Positions 1-13,000 of a stretch of DNA of 64,000 nucleotides are shown here, piece by piece; within the stretch, counting starts at the first letter, position 1, and each line of letters opens with the position of its first letter. Source of the DNA: Rhynchopus sp. YZ270_cl-10 (taxonomy: Eukaryota); the NCBI GenBank assembly GCA_964035575.1, contig OZ037847.1, positions 124,001 to 188,000 of the forward strand, read 5' to 3'. Under the pieces are notes generated by a model. It was not told the DNA's origin. It was given only the letters and a program-made list of their open reading frames with translations, and searched no databases. Both the position numbers and the translations under genes were made by a program.

Positions 1-980
1 AAAAAAAAAAAAAAAAAAAAAATACTTTGACAAAGATGAAGTGCACCGCAAAAGGTAGAAACGTCATCTTTATCAAAACGCGATGAGATTATTTGGCAGA
101 AAAGACAGAAAGAGTTTCTACCTGAAGATATAAACTAATAATTGAACCGTGATATTGTGTATTTCATACAGATGCGCACAAAGATGAGATAATTTTTTTC
201 GAAAGAAACTCCATTTTTCTTTTGGGCGAACAAGAGAAACGTTCAGATCCAAACGCCTCTTAGTGCTTAGTAACCTAAACACAAAAAGCCGAAATAGACC
301 AACATTTCTCCCTTTTTTTGTACATGAGATTGCCTTATTCAAGCTGTCAAAAAACTCACCCAAAAAAAAAAGTTCTTTCAAAAAAGATTCACCTTTTTGT
401 GCAAATGCAGTATCGCGCTTTTTTTTTGTTCTCGAATTTTACAAAATATAATTGGGGTCTGGTTTGCAAAAATATTGTGGTGTTTTTTAGGAAACTTTAG
501 TACAGATACTTCACTGGGTGCTGCTGCGATAATTTTAAAATGACGCAGAATAGATAGCGAATGACAACAAGAACACTTGGCAACCATTACCTACAAGAAG
601 AAAAAAAGAGTGTGTGAGCTCTGTACACAGATGTGCACCGAATGGGCAGAGATGAGATTTGGTATTCACTACCCAACTCACACCTTCTTGAAGAGGTTTT
701 CCTTTGCTAAGTTTCTTTGTAATGTCGATAATCGCCTCTGTCTGTACTCTTTTTTTCCCTTCAAAAAACAATGAGATGTAATGACCGCTTCTGTGCTCGG
801 ACCTTTTGAAAGCCCCCAACTTTGTTGGCGATGCAAAATGAATAAAAATGAATAATGAATTTGGACAAAAAAAAGTCAGCTTCTTGAAGCTTCTTGCATC
901 GGGTGACTCTAGGGGTTCAGAGAATTTCTGTTTTTCTGTTGAGGCATTTCGTTCACATAACATTCGTTAGGCCTCGAAAG

Positions 981-3900
981 TTAGTCTCTTTTTTCCCTTT
1001 CGTCGGTAACAAAGTTGAACAGATCTTCGAACATTGGGAGCGGTTTTGAGGGCACTGCTGCAGGTTGGTTCCAGGCGGTGTGCGCTTCGAGTTGAGCTTT
1101 GGTGCCACCCACAGGTCTGTAGCTGACTGTGACCCAGACAGCAAAGATCAGGACAATCTCGAACATGAAGAACTTAAGGTACGTCATGCTGTCCGACCCT
1201 GTGAAGTAGTCTTCCGCGCTGAGGAACTTCACTGCGTCGGTTTCCATGAACTGCACCGTCGCTGTGCGCTGTACACGTGACCCGGGTGCGATGTAGAAGG
1301 GGCCAACCCGCTTCGTGGCGACGTTGTTCCCAAGGTTGTGGTCAGCAGAGTTGCTCGACACGTTCACAGTGACCATAGAGTAGTAGATGCTCGCGTTCCC
1401 ACTGAACGGCGGTACAAACCACCGAGTCACGTTGTCCCCAGCAGCGAGGTATCGGATCGTCTCGTTCGTGTGTCGCTCGGTGGCAACGTTCGTCCCGACG
1501 GACCATACATGGATGAGAACGTTCTCGGCAGTCGCAGGGCCGTGGTTTGTCACAGTGTACTCAGTGGAGGAGCCCTCTGTGCCGGTGAACTCAATGGCCA
1601 GGTTCGACAAAGGCAGAACAACGTTTGCAGAGTGCGAGTGGCGGTCCTCCGTCTGCTTCATAGAGGGCGACATGAGCGAGGCATGGATCGGGACACTGCT
1701 GCGCAGCTCGTCTACAGGCTGCAGGAGGAGCTTGACCGTGCCTACGTGCTGCGAGGGAAGGTCGCCCTGTGGGCAGCGGAGGTATGTGTGTCCAGGTGGC
1801 GATGTGACGTTGCTGCAGTACTCCGGCGGGGTGATGAGCATCTGTTGTGCGTCTGCCTCGATGTCGATTAACAAGACCACGCTGTCTGCGGGGAAGTCGC
1901 CTGTGGAGAAGCGTACATCCACAGGCACGCTGTTCTTGTCCTCCGTCGACCCCTTTGGTTGAGGGATGACGAAGACGGAGAGACGCTCCAGCACCTCGAC
2001 ACAGCTACCCTCGCCGTTGCACACCCACTCGCCCTGGTTGCAAAGGGTCATCCGCGGTGCGTCGGTGCAGGTGCACACTGGGACAGCCACAGGAGTGCAG
2101 ATGGGTGTCGCCTTGCAGCTGCCTTCGTCGCAGCGGCCGTCAGCAGTAAGCACGTCGCCGTCGCTACACCACGCCTCGTCAGGCGCCTCAAGGCAGATGC
2201 AGTTCGGCAGGTACAGGCCGTGCACACACTTCCTGTAAGGTGTGCAGATGCGCGCCTGCTCCGTGACCACTGCCGGCAGGTCGCACACATGCGAGTAGAA
2301 CAAGGAGCTCCCGCAAAAGGAGAAGTGCTCAGCCTCCTCGCAGCTGCACTGCACACCTAGCCAATGCGAGCGGATGCACGTCGGGATCACACTCTGCGTG
2401 GCGCTTTCCGTGACCGTCAATGTGGGCGTCAGAGTCTCGATGTTGATTGTAAGCTGTTTGGGCTGCGACACGACCTGTTCGCCATCAACATGCTTGACAG
2501 TGGTGATGGCTGCGGATTGTTGTGGCGCTGAGAGTACGCAATGCAGCTCACTGGTGGACAGCGTGTCAACGGAGGTGCAGATGGGAACACCGTCTGCAAG
2601 AACGTCGTTTGTTGTTGCGTCGAAGTTCTCTCCATGCACAACAAGGACATCGCTTGGGTAGTGGCGGCAGAGGAACACGCTTTGCGAGGGCTCGCCTTTG
2701 GACACGCAGGTGTCAAGGCCGAAGAGGGTGATGTGCTGTGGGTGGCGTTGGTAGTGGGGTGGGGTTGGGTGTGGGTGGCTCATACCTGTGCAGGAACGTC
2801 GCAGATGGTGCCGTGCCACAGAGGGTCGCAGAGACATTCACCTGTCCCAGTGGGGCCATCGTCGCAGGAGCCGTGTCCGCTGCATGTGGTGGACGCACAC
2901 TTGCTCTCGCAGGTCATCCCGTAGTAGTCCGCTATGCACGTCGGGCACGTGCGCGCATCACAGTCGCACACATCGTCCGAATACCACGGCCCGCAGTTGC
3001 AGTGCGGTGGGTGGTGGTAGTACTGCAGACACTCCATGCGCAGTGGTGTCTCTGACTTTGTGTGCGAAGATGTGCTAGACAACGTCGTCGTAGGTGACCC
3101 GGTAGGAGTGCGTGAGACTGAGTGTGTGCTAGATAAGGAGGCACTGCCTGTGATGCTGAAGGTGGGTGTCCCAGATGTCGTAACGGTGTTGGTGGGGCTC
3201 ATTGTTTCTGTTGCAGTTGGGACAACAGACTCGGTGATGGTTTCCGTCAGCGTAACAGTGTTGCTGCCTGTCGCTGTGAGCGTTGTTGTTGCAGACACAG
3301 ACTCCGAAAGCGACACAGACACACTCTTAGTTAAGGAGGGTGTCTTGCTGGAGGTGAGGGTTCCAGATCCTGTCACGCTCTTGCTCAAAGTGTCGGTCGA
3401 CGAGCGGCTCTCTGTACGTGACGGCGATTCAGTGTCGGTTGCTGTGGTGGTGTGGGTTGCAGAGGTGCTGTGGGAATCAGTCAGGGTGGGTGATAGTGAC
3501 ACTGTGTGTGAAGAACTCTGGGAGGCACTGCGAGATAAGGAAGCACTGCCTGTGCTGCTGAAGGTGGGGGTCACAGAGGCCGTCAGCGTGCCAGTGTGGC
3601 TATGTGTTTCTGTTGCAGTTGGGACAACAGACTCGGTGATGGTTTCTGTCAGCGTAACAGTGTCCGTGCCTGTCTGTGTTGCTGTCATGGACCCAGACAC
3701 AGACTCTGAAAGCGACACAGACTCGCTCTCAGTTAAGGAGGGTGTCTTGCTGGAGGTGAGGGTTCCAGATCCTGTCACGCTCTTGCTCAAAGTGTCGGTC
3801 GACGAGCGGCTCTCTGTACGTGACGGCGACGCAGTGTCGGTTGCTGTGGTGGTGTGGGTTGCAGAGGTGCTGTGGGAATCAGTCAGGGTGGGTGATAGTG

Positions 3901-6900
3901 ACACTGTATGTGATGGTGTCACCGTGTATGTATCAGATGAAGAGACGCTGGCTGTGCTGCTGACGGTGGGTGTCCCAGATGTCGTAACGGTGTTGGTAGG
4001 GCTCATTGTTTCTGTTGCAGTTGGGACGACAGATTCGGTGATGGTTTCCGTCAGCGTAACAGTGTTGCTGCCTGTCGCTGTGAGCGTTGTTGTTGCAGAC
4101 ACAGACTTGGAACGCGACGGTGACAAACTGCTCGTTGTAGTGGGTGTGCTGCTAGCGGTAGGGGTTGCAGACAAGGACACACTCTTGCTTGGGGTGGAGG
4201 AGGAGGAGCGGCTCTGCGTGCGTGACGGCGATGCAGTGCTGGTAGCTGTGGGGGTAGGAGTGGTGCTGGGAGTAGGGGAAGACGTAGGCGAAGTCGTAAG
4301 GGAGAGGGAGGACGAAGAAGAGAGGGAGGACGTTGCTGACGCAGAGGACGTTGCTGACGCAGAGGACGTTGCTGATGGTGTCTCGGTGCTGGAGGCGGAG
4401 ACGCTGTGTGTACGCGACGTGCTGCTGCTGGGTGTGGGTGTGATGACTAAGGAGGGTGTGCGTGTCGTGGTCAGTGACACGGTGCCGGTGTGTGTTGCTG
4501 ACTCCGACACTGACACTGAAGACGTATACGTCGAAGATGCACTGCGAGACTGTGTCGCTGTCACCTGCTTTGTGTCGGTGTGTGTATATGATTCAGACTC
4601 TGAAGCACTGTGCGTCTGCGACACTGACGATGTGCTTGTGTGTGACGATGTCGCCGTTGATGTGGCAGACGTCGTTGCCGACGCCGTCTTGCTAGCTGAC
4701 GGTGTCAGCGTCTGCGTAGGTGTGGCGCTGCTACTTCGTGTTAACGTTGGGGTCACGACTACAGTAGGGGTGTCTGTTGCGCTGTAAGTGTCTGTCGCTG
4801 ACCCTGTGTGCGTTGCTGATGCTGAAGGAGTTGTCGTCAGTGACGCTGAAGCAGTGCTGGAGGCAGATGCGGTTTGAGAGGAAGAAAAGGTTGCTGTTGC
4901 TGAGGCAGTAGGAGACGCGCTACTGGAGAGGGTAGGAGACGTGGAGAGTGACGCTGTAGGCGTTGCTGTGGAGCTGCTTGTGTCTGACTGTGTTGCTGTG
5001 GCCGTGCTCGACCACGATGCTGTCGCAGTTGACGTATCACTGGGCGTTCTGGACTGTGTAGGTGTCACTGTTGCTGTGCCTGTATCAGTCTTACTACTGG
5101 TGCGTGTCTGCGTAACACTTACACTATGAGACGTGCTAGTACTCCTCGACAACGTGGCAGTAGGCGAGGCGCTAAGAGAAAGTGTACGTGTCCTTGTCAC
5201 TGGGATAGACGGAGTCGCCGATGAAGAAAAGGTGTACGACTTCGTCACCGACGGCGTCCACGTGCGCGAATGAGATGTGCTCAAGCTTCGTGTCGCCGAA
5301 GTCGACACTGTCAAGGTAGCAGAGTCAGTCTTGGTCGTAGTGAACGTTTGGGTGCCCGACAACGATGCAGTGTGGGTAGTCGTCTCGGTTGCAGATTCGG
5401 TCTTCGAATCTGTAAGAGAAAAAGACGGAGTGGGTTTGAGGGACTCTGAGACACTGAAGGAAGACGTTGTTGAGGGTGTTCCTGAGGCACTCAGTGTGCG
5501 GCTAGGAGTCGAAGTGGCGGTGATGCTTACAGTCGATGTTGGCGTGTTCGTAAACGTTCGAGTGGTCGTAAAGGTTTCCGTTGGCGTCACTGTCATCGTC
5601 GATGTTGGTGTGTTCGTGAACGTTGGAGTCACAGTGAAAGTTTCCGTTGGCGTCACTGTCATCGTTGATGTTGGTGTGTTCGTAGGCGTTGGAGTGGTCG
5701 TAAATGTTTCCGTTCGTGTCACTGTCATCGTCGATGTTGGTGTGTTCGTGAACGTTGGAGTCACAGTGAAAGTTTCCGTTGGTGTCACTGTCATCGTCGA
5801 TGTTGGTGTGTTCGTGAACGTTGGAGTCACAGTGAAAGTTTCCGTTGGCGTCACTGTCATCGTCGATGTTGGTGTGTTCGTGAACGTTGGAGTGGTCGTA
5901 AAGGTTTCCGTTGGCGTCACTGTCATCGTTGATGTTGGTGTGTTAGTGAACGTTGGAGTCACAGTGAAAGTTTCCGTTGGCGTCACTGTCATCGTCGATG
6001 TTGGTGTGTTCGTAGGCGTTGGAGTCACAGTGAAAGTTTCCGTTGGCGTCACTGTCATCGTCGATGTTGGTGTGTTCGTGAACGTTGGAGTCACAGTGAA
6101 AGTTTCCGTTGGCGTCACTGTCATCGTCGATGTTGGTGTGTTCGTAGGAGTTGGAGTCACAGTGAAAGTTTCCGTTGGCGTGACTGTCATCGTTGATGTT
6201 GGTGTGTTAGTGAACGTTGGAGTCACAGTGAAAGTTTCCGTTGGCGTCACTGTCATCGTCGATGTTGGTGTGTTCGTGAACGTTGGAGTGGTCGTAAAGG
6301 TTTCCGTTGGCGTGACTGTCATCGTTGATGTTGGTGTGTTCGTAGGAGTTGGAGTCACAGTGAAAGTTTCCGTTGGCGTCACTGTCATCGTCGATGTTGG
6401 TGTGTTCGTAGGAGTTGGAGTCACAGTGAAAGTTTCCGTTGGCGTGACTGTCATCGTTGATGTTGGTGTGTTAGTGAACGTTGGAGTCACAGTGAAAGTT
6501 TCCGTTGGCGTCACTGTCATCGTCGATGTTGGTGTGTTCGTGAACGTTGGAGTCACAGTGAAAGTTTCCGTTGGTGTCACTGTCATCGTCGATGTTGGTG
6601 TGTTCGTGAACGTTGGAGTCACAGTGAAAGTTTCCGTTGGTGTCACTGTCATCGTCGATGTTGGTGTGTTCGTGAACGTTGGAGTCACAGTGAAAGTTTC
6701 CGTTGGCGTCACTGTCATCGTCGATGTTGGTGTGTTCGTGAGCGTTGGAGTGGTCGTAAAGGTTTCCGTTGGCGTGACTGTCATCGTCGATGTTGGTGTG
6801 TTCGTGAACGTTGGAGTCACAGTGACAGTTTCCGTTGGCGTGACTGTCATCGTTGATGTTGGTGTGTTCGTGAACGTTGCAGTGGTCGTAAAGGTTTCCG

Positions 6901-9201
6901 TTGGCGTGACTGTCATCGTTGATGTTGGTGTGTTAGTGAACGTTGGAGTCACAGTGAAAGTTTCCGTTGGCGTCACTGTCATCGTCGATGTTGGTGTGTT
7001 CGTGAACGTTGGAGTGGTCGTAAAGGTTTCCGTTGGCGTGACTGTCATCGTTGATGTTGGTGTGTTAGTGAACGTTGGAGTCACAGTGAAAGTTTCCGTT
7101 GGTGTCACTGTCATCGTTGATGTTGGTGTGTTCGTGAACGTTGCAGTGGTCGTAAAGGTTTCCGTTGGCGTGACTGTCATCGTTGATGTTGGTGTGTTAG
7201 TGAACGTTGGAGTCACAGTGAAAGTTTCCGTTGGCGTCACTGTCATCGTCGATGTTGGTGTGTTCGTAGGCGTTGGAGTCACAGTGAAAGTTTCCGTTGG
7301 CGTCACTGTCATCGTCGATGTTGGTGTGTTCGTGAACGTTGGAGTGGTCGTAAAGGTTTCCGTTGGCGTCACTGTCATCGTCGATGTTGGTGTGTTCGTG
7401 AACGTTGGAGTGGTCGTAAAGGTTTCCGTTGGTGTCACTGTCATCGTTGATGTTGGTGTGTTCGTGAACGTTGGAGTCACAGTGAAAGTTTCCGTTGGCG
7501 TCACTGTCATCGTCGATGTTGGTGTGTTCGTAGGCGTTGGAGTCACAGTGAAAGTTTCCGTTGGCGTGACTGTCATCGTTGATGTTGGTGTGTTCGTGAA
7601 CGTTGGAGTGGTCGTAAAGGTTTCCGTTGGCGTGACTGTCATCGTTGATGTTGGTGTGTTAGTGAACGTTGGAGTCACAGTGAAAGTTTCCGTTGGCGTC
7701 ACTGTCATCGTCGATGTTGGTGTGTTCGTAGGCGTTGGAGTGATCGTAAAGGTTTCCGTTGGTGTCACTCTGTTTGTGTCTGAGGAAGTACGACTAAAGG
7801 TTTCGGAGGAAGTGTGAGATGAGGAGCGTGTCAGGGAATGCGTGGTGCTCCCTACAGTGGGAGTCGGAGTGACTAGAGTGGTGAAAGTGTGTGAAGGGCA
7901 TACCTGTTAGGGTGAAGGTAGGTGAGACAGAGATTGTGTCTGTTGGTGTGCTTGTTTCGGTAGGCGTGGCAGTTGTGGAGAGCGTGGCTGTGTACGTTGC
8001 TGTGGGTGACAGCGTTAGCGAAGGTGATGCCGTTAGCGATGGTGACGGTGTGGACGTTGGACTGGCACTGATAGAGAGTGTCGGTGTTGCTGACAGTGTG
8101 CGTGTGTTGCTGAAGGTGGATGTGCCGGTGTTCGTAAGAGACAAGTGGTTAAAAAAGGCGAGTAGAGTTGATGTCTCCAATGGTGATGCAGAGATGGCAT
8201 AAGTATCTAATGAAGTGAGACCATCCGACGTCACGGCGACCTGTTGGGGGTGAAAATGATGTAACTAGCCACTTGAAAGAAATCCAAACAATGATTCATA
8301 CTACGTAAAATACAATCTGATTTTTATTTTTCCTTCCTTCAAAACTTCACACACAACGCTTTTGGTTTTTGGGAGACACACAAGGTGCCAGATTCTATGA
8401 TATGCACGGAACCACCCTGCACCTGTTTGTCATATTGTTTCCCGTGCAATACAGAGAAACGTTTCGCACTCGACACTCGGGGAAAGCTTTTTGATACAAA
8501 TTAGCGAACACAAAAACCAGCGCGTGTGGATAAAAAAGGAGAGTGAAATATTTTTTCTGATTGGAAGTGGTGCTTACATTTTGGATACGGGGCGGAGAAT
8601 AAAATATGTTCGACACAGAAACGCGAGCTTATTGTTTTATTCAAATTTATCGTGAGATCTCAGAAAACATTATCATTTGTCATACGTGGTAAAAATACAT
8701 GCCGGAGGGAACCCTAGAGAGCAGAGGCGTGACGAATACATCAATGTGAGTAGAATTGTAACTTATGACGCTGGTGTTGAATTGCAGAACAATGTCAGTA
8801 GTGATGGACACTAGGTCAACGGAAACCTGGCCATTAAATTTGCCCCCAATAATTGTCATGGAAAAGGGTTTGTTCGGATAGTCGCACCTTTGGAAGCCTG
8901 CCATACTCACGCACTCATCTAAGCCCAAGAACCCAGTGACGTATGGGATTTCTATCTCGCACTGAAGACCCACAGCTCCTAGGTTGCACCTGCAAGCACC
9001 GCTGCTCGATGGACCCTCTAGACAAAGCCCATCCACGCAGCTACATGCTGATGAGCAGGCTATGTCGTAGTAACCAGGCGGGCACGTAGAACACCCACAG
9101 GAAAAAGCAACTGACCAGTCGGCTACTACACATGGGCATGGGTCAGTCAGAGTCGGTCCACAGCATTGAGCAAGAACTAAGGGAACAAACAAGTGTAGCA
9201 T
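981..9201 (-). CDS. Large mucin-like type I membrane/surface protein (~2,557 aa), 4 exons: 9201-8686, 8240-7904, 7851-2786, 2735-981. Signal peptide, EGF-like Cys-rich plus IPT/Ig-like module, Thr/Ser-rich stalk, second EGF plus IPT-like module, Cys-rich region, DUF11/CARDB-like Ig domains, TM, short tail
   Basis: ORFs 8680-9210, 7794-8234, 2780-7768 and 981-2837 join in frame through three GTATG...AG introns (exon sum 7674 nt, divisible by 3). N-terminus [12 protein letters not shown] is hydrophobic; a TM ([16 protein letters not shown]) lies near the C-terminus. The splice at 2785/2736 recreates a module ([18 protein letters not shown]) homologous to exon 1 ([19 protein letters not shown]). 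Domain names are by motif resemblance. Confidence 0.8.
2736..2785 (-). other. Spliceosomal intron, 50 nt, phase 0
   Basis: Minus strand CAG|GTATGA...CCACCCACAG|CAC; removal fuses ORF 2780-7768 to ORF 981-2837 in frame. Confidence 0.85.
3150..4100 (-). repeat. Coding tandem repeat, 402-bp (134-aa) unit, ~2.3 copies
   Basis: gttgcagttgggac recurs at 3210, 3612 and 4014; ttaaggagggtgtcttgctgg at 3331 and 3733. Confidence 0.85.
5530..7770 (-). repeat. Coding minisatellite, 66-bp unit (22 aa, [22 protein letters not shown]), ~34 copies
   Basis: Near-identical tandem units visible directly in DNA and translation; no spacers. Confidence 0.97.
7852..7903 (-). other. Spliceosomal intron, 52 nt, phase 1 (an alternative in-frame acceptor at 7873 would give 31 nt)
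   Basis: ACAG|GTATGC...CCCACTGTAG|GG; restores frame between ORF 7794-8234 and ORF 2780-7768. Confidence 0.7.
8241..8685 (-). other. Spliceosomal intron, 445 nt, phase 0
   Basis: CAC|GTATGA...TTCACCCCCAACAG|GTC; AT-rich interior; joins ...GMYFYH to VAVTSDGL... in frame. Confidence 0.7.
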
Positions 9202-10032
9202 GGTGATCACAAAGATCTGTGTGATTTTGAGGAGATGGTGGAGTGGGATGAAAGTTAAGCTGGTTGTACCATTCTGGGCCCTAGAACTTTAGGTAAAAAT
9301 AGGTGTAATTGTGCTCGGTTGTGAGTATGTGTGTAAGTGTAGGCACTTAGGGACTACTTGTGGGTACGTGTGTGTGCGAGTGCAGGTGTGGTGCAGATGA
9401 ATATAGCGCCAGGTGTGCACAGTTGCAGTTGTGTTTGGAATGAAAAGTTAAAGTTAGTTCGCATCCCTTTTTTTTTGACTGTAATCGAAAACACGAAAAA
9501 AAATAACGTCCCCGACCAACCGAACCGTCTGGGCGTTCCCCCAGACAGCATCGAGACGGTGTTCGCACTAAGAGTGCAAGATTTCGAGAGAGTGGGTTGT
9601 CTCGGGAAGCGAAACACACCACTGCAGTCGCGTATGAAAGTAAACAAATAACAAATAAAAAAACATGAATATGGCCAACAACCGGTTCGCTGGAAAAATT
9701 GCAACGCGAGACCTAGACTCCATACGCTCTTTGCCCCCTCTTCCCTGTACCGTCTTTCTTCAATGATACGCAAACGAAACAGATCTGCCCCTACCCACAT
9801 CCCCCCCACCCAACCCTGATAGTTGATGATTGCGACGGTTTTGATAAGTGAGAAATAGTTCTCAAAAAGCATGACACATAATACGGAACGTAACAAACGA
9901 AAGTTAACAACAAAAAAAAAAAATAAACCCAAAAGTGCAAAACGCAGGCAGCACAACATGTGAACCTCGAGACGGTTCTGAGTTGTTTCTTGGGATACTG
10001 TGAGACGAGACGCATCTGCAACGCAAAGGCGT

Positions 10033-13000
10033 TTACTCCTCTGTACGGGGACGCTTCTGGCTCTCATCGTCGTCGCCGTCGTCCCTCTTTCTCCTGTGTG
10101 GTGGTGTTCGGTGAGATGTTGCAAAAAGGTGATAATCACATACTTTGCTGCGCGTTGCTGCCTCTGCTTCTGTTTGTACTCCCTCTTCATCTGTTTGACG
10201 TCTTCTCTCTGATTATACTCCTTCTTCTTCTGTTTGGCGGCTTCTGTCTCACTGTACTCCTTCTTCTTCTGTTTGGCGGCTTCCGTCTCCCTGTACTCCT
10301 TCTGCTTCTGTTTGGCGACTTCTGTCTCCCTGTACTCCTTCTTCTTTTGGTTATTCCTCTGTTTGACGTCTTCTCTCTCCTTGTACTCCTTCCTCTTCTG
10401 TTTAACGTCTTCTCTCTGACGGTAGGTCTGATAGTACCCCTTCTTCTTTTCAACAGACACCTCAAGCTTTGCTCTCCTCCTCTTTGCAGCAACAGACACG
10501 TCAAGTTCGCTGTTTAAAGAAAAGAAAAGTTTGTAAGATGAACCTTAGTCGCCCAGATAACAATCGTTATCATACAGCATCAGATGTACGCATTTTCACA
10601 GGAGACTGTCGGGATAATGTCATTTCCCCTTGAGTCCATAATTGTGGCACATTTAAAAAAGGTCGGGTTAATAAAGAAGAACATTTACATACTCAGCGAC
10701 CCTCTGTGTCGCAGCAGCCACCCTGTAGCGTGCACGTGCCAGCTTGCGCAGCTTGCCGTTGTTCCACGTTGTGCCTTCGGGGCGTGCGTGCCCGGCAGAT
10801 TTGCTGTGAATGAAGAAGATAACAAACATATGCACAACACAACATACGTGAAGTCAGTAACAGGCTTACTGCGTCCCTTTGTGAGGATCCTTCTGTGGCG
10901 CTGCAGCTTTCTGGTGCGCAACCTGTTTAAAGTGACGTTGTTAATACACCTCATTCCATTAGTGCACTCAACGGAGGTAGGCAGGTGACACAAGTGCCCA
11001 CTGCACCCCATAGTGTGTTGATCAATTCCAATAATAATAACCATATTACTCCAAACACATACGTTCCGATGATCGCACGTGTGCCGTGCATGGCTCTGTT
11101 CAGAAGCATCTTGCCGTCGGCGAAGTGGCGGTAGTAGGTGCAGTTCGCTTTGCGCTCGAAGATCATTTTGTTATTGATGATGTTGTCCCCGAAGGCACCG
11201 TCCTCAAGGAAGAAGAATGGCCACTTCAGGTCTGTTGGGCGCGACGCACCTTGCACGAGACGGTGCCAGTGTGTGTCGGGGCGCTGGTTGCGGAGACGCG
11301 TGCCCGAGAAGACCTCGTCCCAGTTGACCACGAAGCGTGGGTCCACTTCGTCGAAGTCTGTCAGCGGCATGTACGGCACGGTGTCCATGAACTTCTTGAA
11401 GGCCGCCTCCACGTGGCTGCCCAGCACCTCGTGAGGCATCTGGAACCTTGTCCTCGTGGACGCAAGGATGTCTGCAGCACGCTCCTTGCGCCCAGGCGTC
11501 ATCTGCTTGCTGAAGTACGTCTTCATGATCGCAAGCATCTCCGAAAGCGGCACCTGGATGCGGCGCTTGATCGCCACCTTCCACGGGCTGTCTGCAGACT
11601 TCTCGTCCAGGTCCGCAATCGCCTTCTCCACGAGGCTGACAATAGTGGCCAGCTCACGACGCTTCTTCGTCATGGGCGGGACACTGACGCTGACACCGTC
11701 GCTGCCTGTGTAGCTGACGAGGTTGCCGTTCTTCTCGCTGATGACCTCGTAGCGGATGTCTTCACGCAGGACCTCACGCACGAGGCTGAAGAAGTGGAGC
11801 ACGAAGCGGGACTTCTCCCACATCTTCGTCTGCTCCTTCTCGAGGCACGCCTCTGAGAGGTGCTTGAAGGTAGGGTCGTTCATCTCACGACGCCAGTCGA
11901 GCACCTGGCCAGGACGGCGGGCCTCAAAACGGCTGAAGAAGTTGTGCATGACTTGGTTGCGGTTGTCGCTGTAGAGACAGCCGTCAGCAATGCGCACCTT
12001 GTTGGCCCACTCGCTGGCAAGCTCCGACAGGTACGGCTTCTCACGCGACACGGCAAGGGCAGCCTCTGCAATGACGTCGTCCTCCTCACGCTCCTGCTCG
12101 TACAGGTCAAGCATGTGGTCCTGGCGGAACATGGACAGCACCTTGCGCTTCAGGTCTGTTGTCTCCGCAATGACACACTGCCACAGGCACGCCATCGCCG
12201 GTGTCGCCTGTGCATCCTTGTAGTTCTTGAACAGGTCAAGCGACTTGTGGACTCTGCTCGCAATCAGGCGAATGCCCTCCCACACACTTGCGGCACGTGT
12301 CTCAGCGGCGGCACGTTTGGAAAGCTGTGTGTGGAGACGCTTCTTCACTTCATCGTCGTCGTCGGCATCGAAGCCCATCTCGTGCATGCGTCTTCTGTCG
12401 ATCCCAAGGCGCTTCATGTACTCATGCAGGTAGAAGGCATCGAACTTGACGTTGGTCGAGAGGAAGAAGACACCTTCACATTCTTTGTACTCACCGCCAG
12501 CAGCGAACTTGCGGAAGTTGCACATTCCTGGTAGGAGGAGGCAGTTCTGCTCCGACTGGAGCAGCGAGGGGCCGCCGAGGGAGGTGGAGACGGCCCACCT
12601 GCCACGCCTGTCTGCGAAGAGCCACGACATCTCATCAACGGAGCGCCACACGGGCTGGTCGTGGAAGCGCTTCTCAACTGGGTTCGCGACACGGCCTGAG
12701 GCATCCTGCGTCTGCTTGTCGTCGTAGACAAGGTCGTAGGCCCCGAAGAAGCTCCACCCCTGCTCGACAATGTGGTTCTGTCCACCTGACGACAGGCAGA
12801 ACAGACGCTTCGGCGACTGGCGCTTCAGTGTCCTCCCGAATATCGTGAACTCCGCTCCGATCCTGCCGTGGTCGTCACGTGGCATCCACGCAGTGTACTC
12901 CTGCTCGGGTGGGGTCTCGCCACACCCGGGGATACCCTGGCGCAGCACGCGGAAGGAGTAGCAGCCGTCCACATCGTTCTCAGAGTTGCCCTCGATGTAC

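Noticed and set aside
5530..7770. Possible CRISPR array
   Set aside because: Contiguous 66-bp coding repeats with no unique spacers; eukaryotic context; no cas genes.
3036..7817. Val-rich plus-strand ORFs (583 and 846 aa)
   Set aside because: Antisense shadows of the Thr/Ser repeat; no signal peptide or domain.
9354..10499. Stand-alone 381-aa gene
   Set aside because: GTG start directly after a strong splice acceptor; only 10509-10144 looks coding, and the rest is low-complexity UTR/intergenic translation.
10951..11062. C-terminal transmembrane helix on the 3414-aa ORF
   Set aside because: Better explained as read-through into an AT-rich GTATGT...CAG intron.
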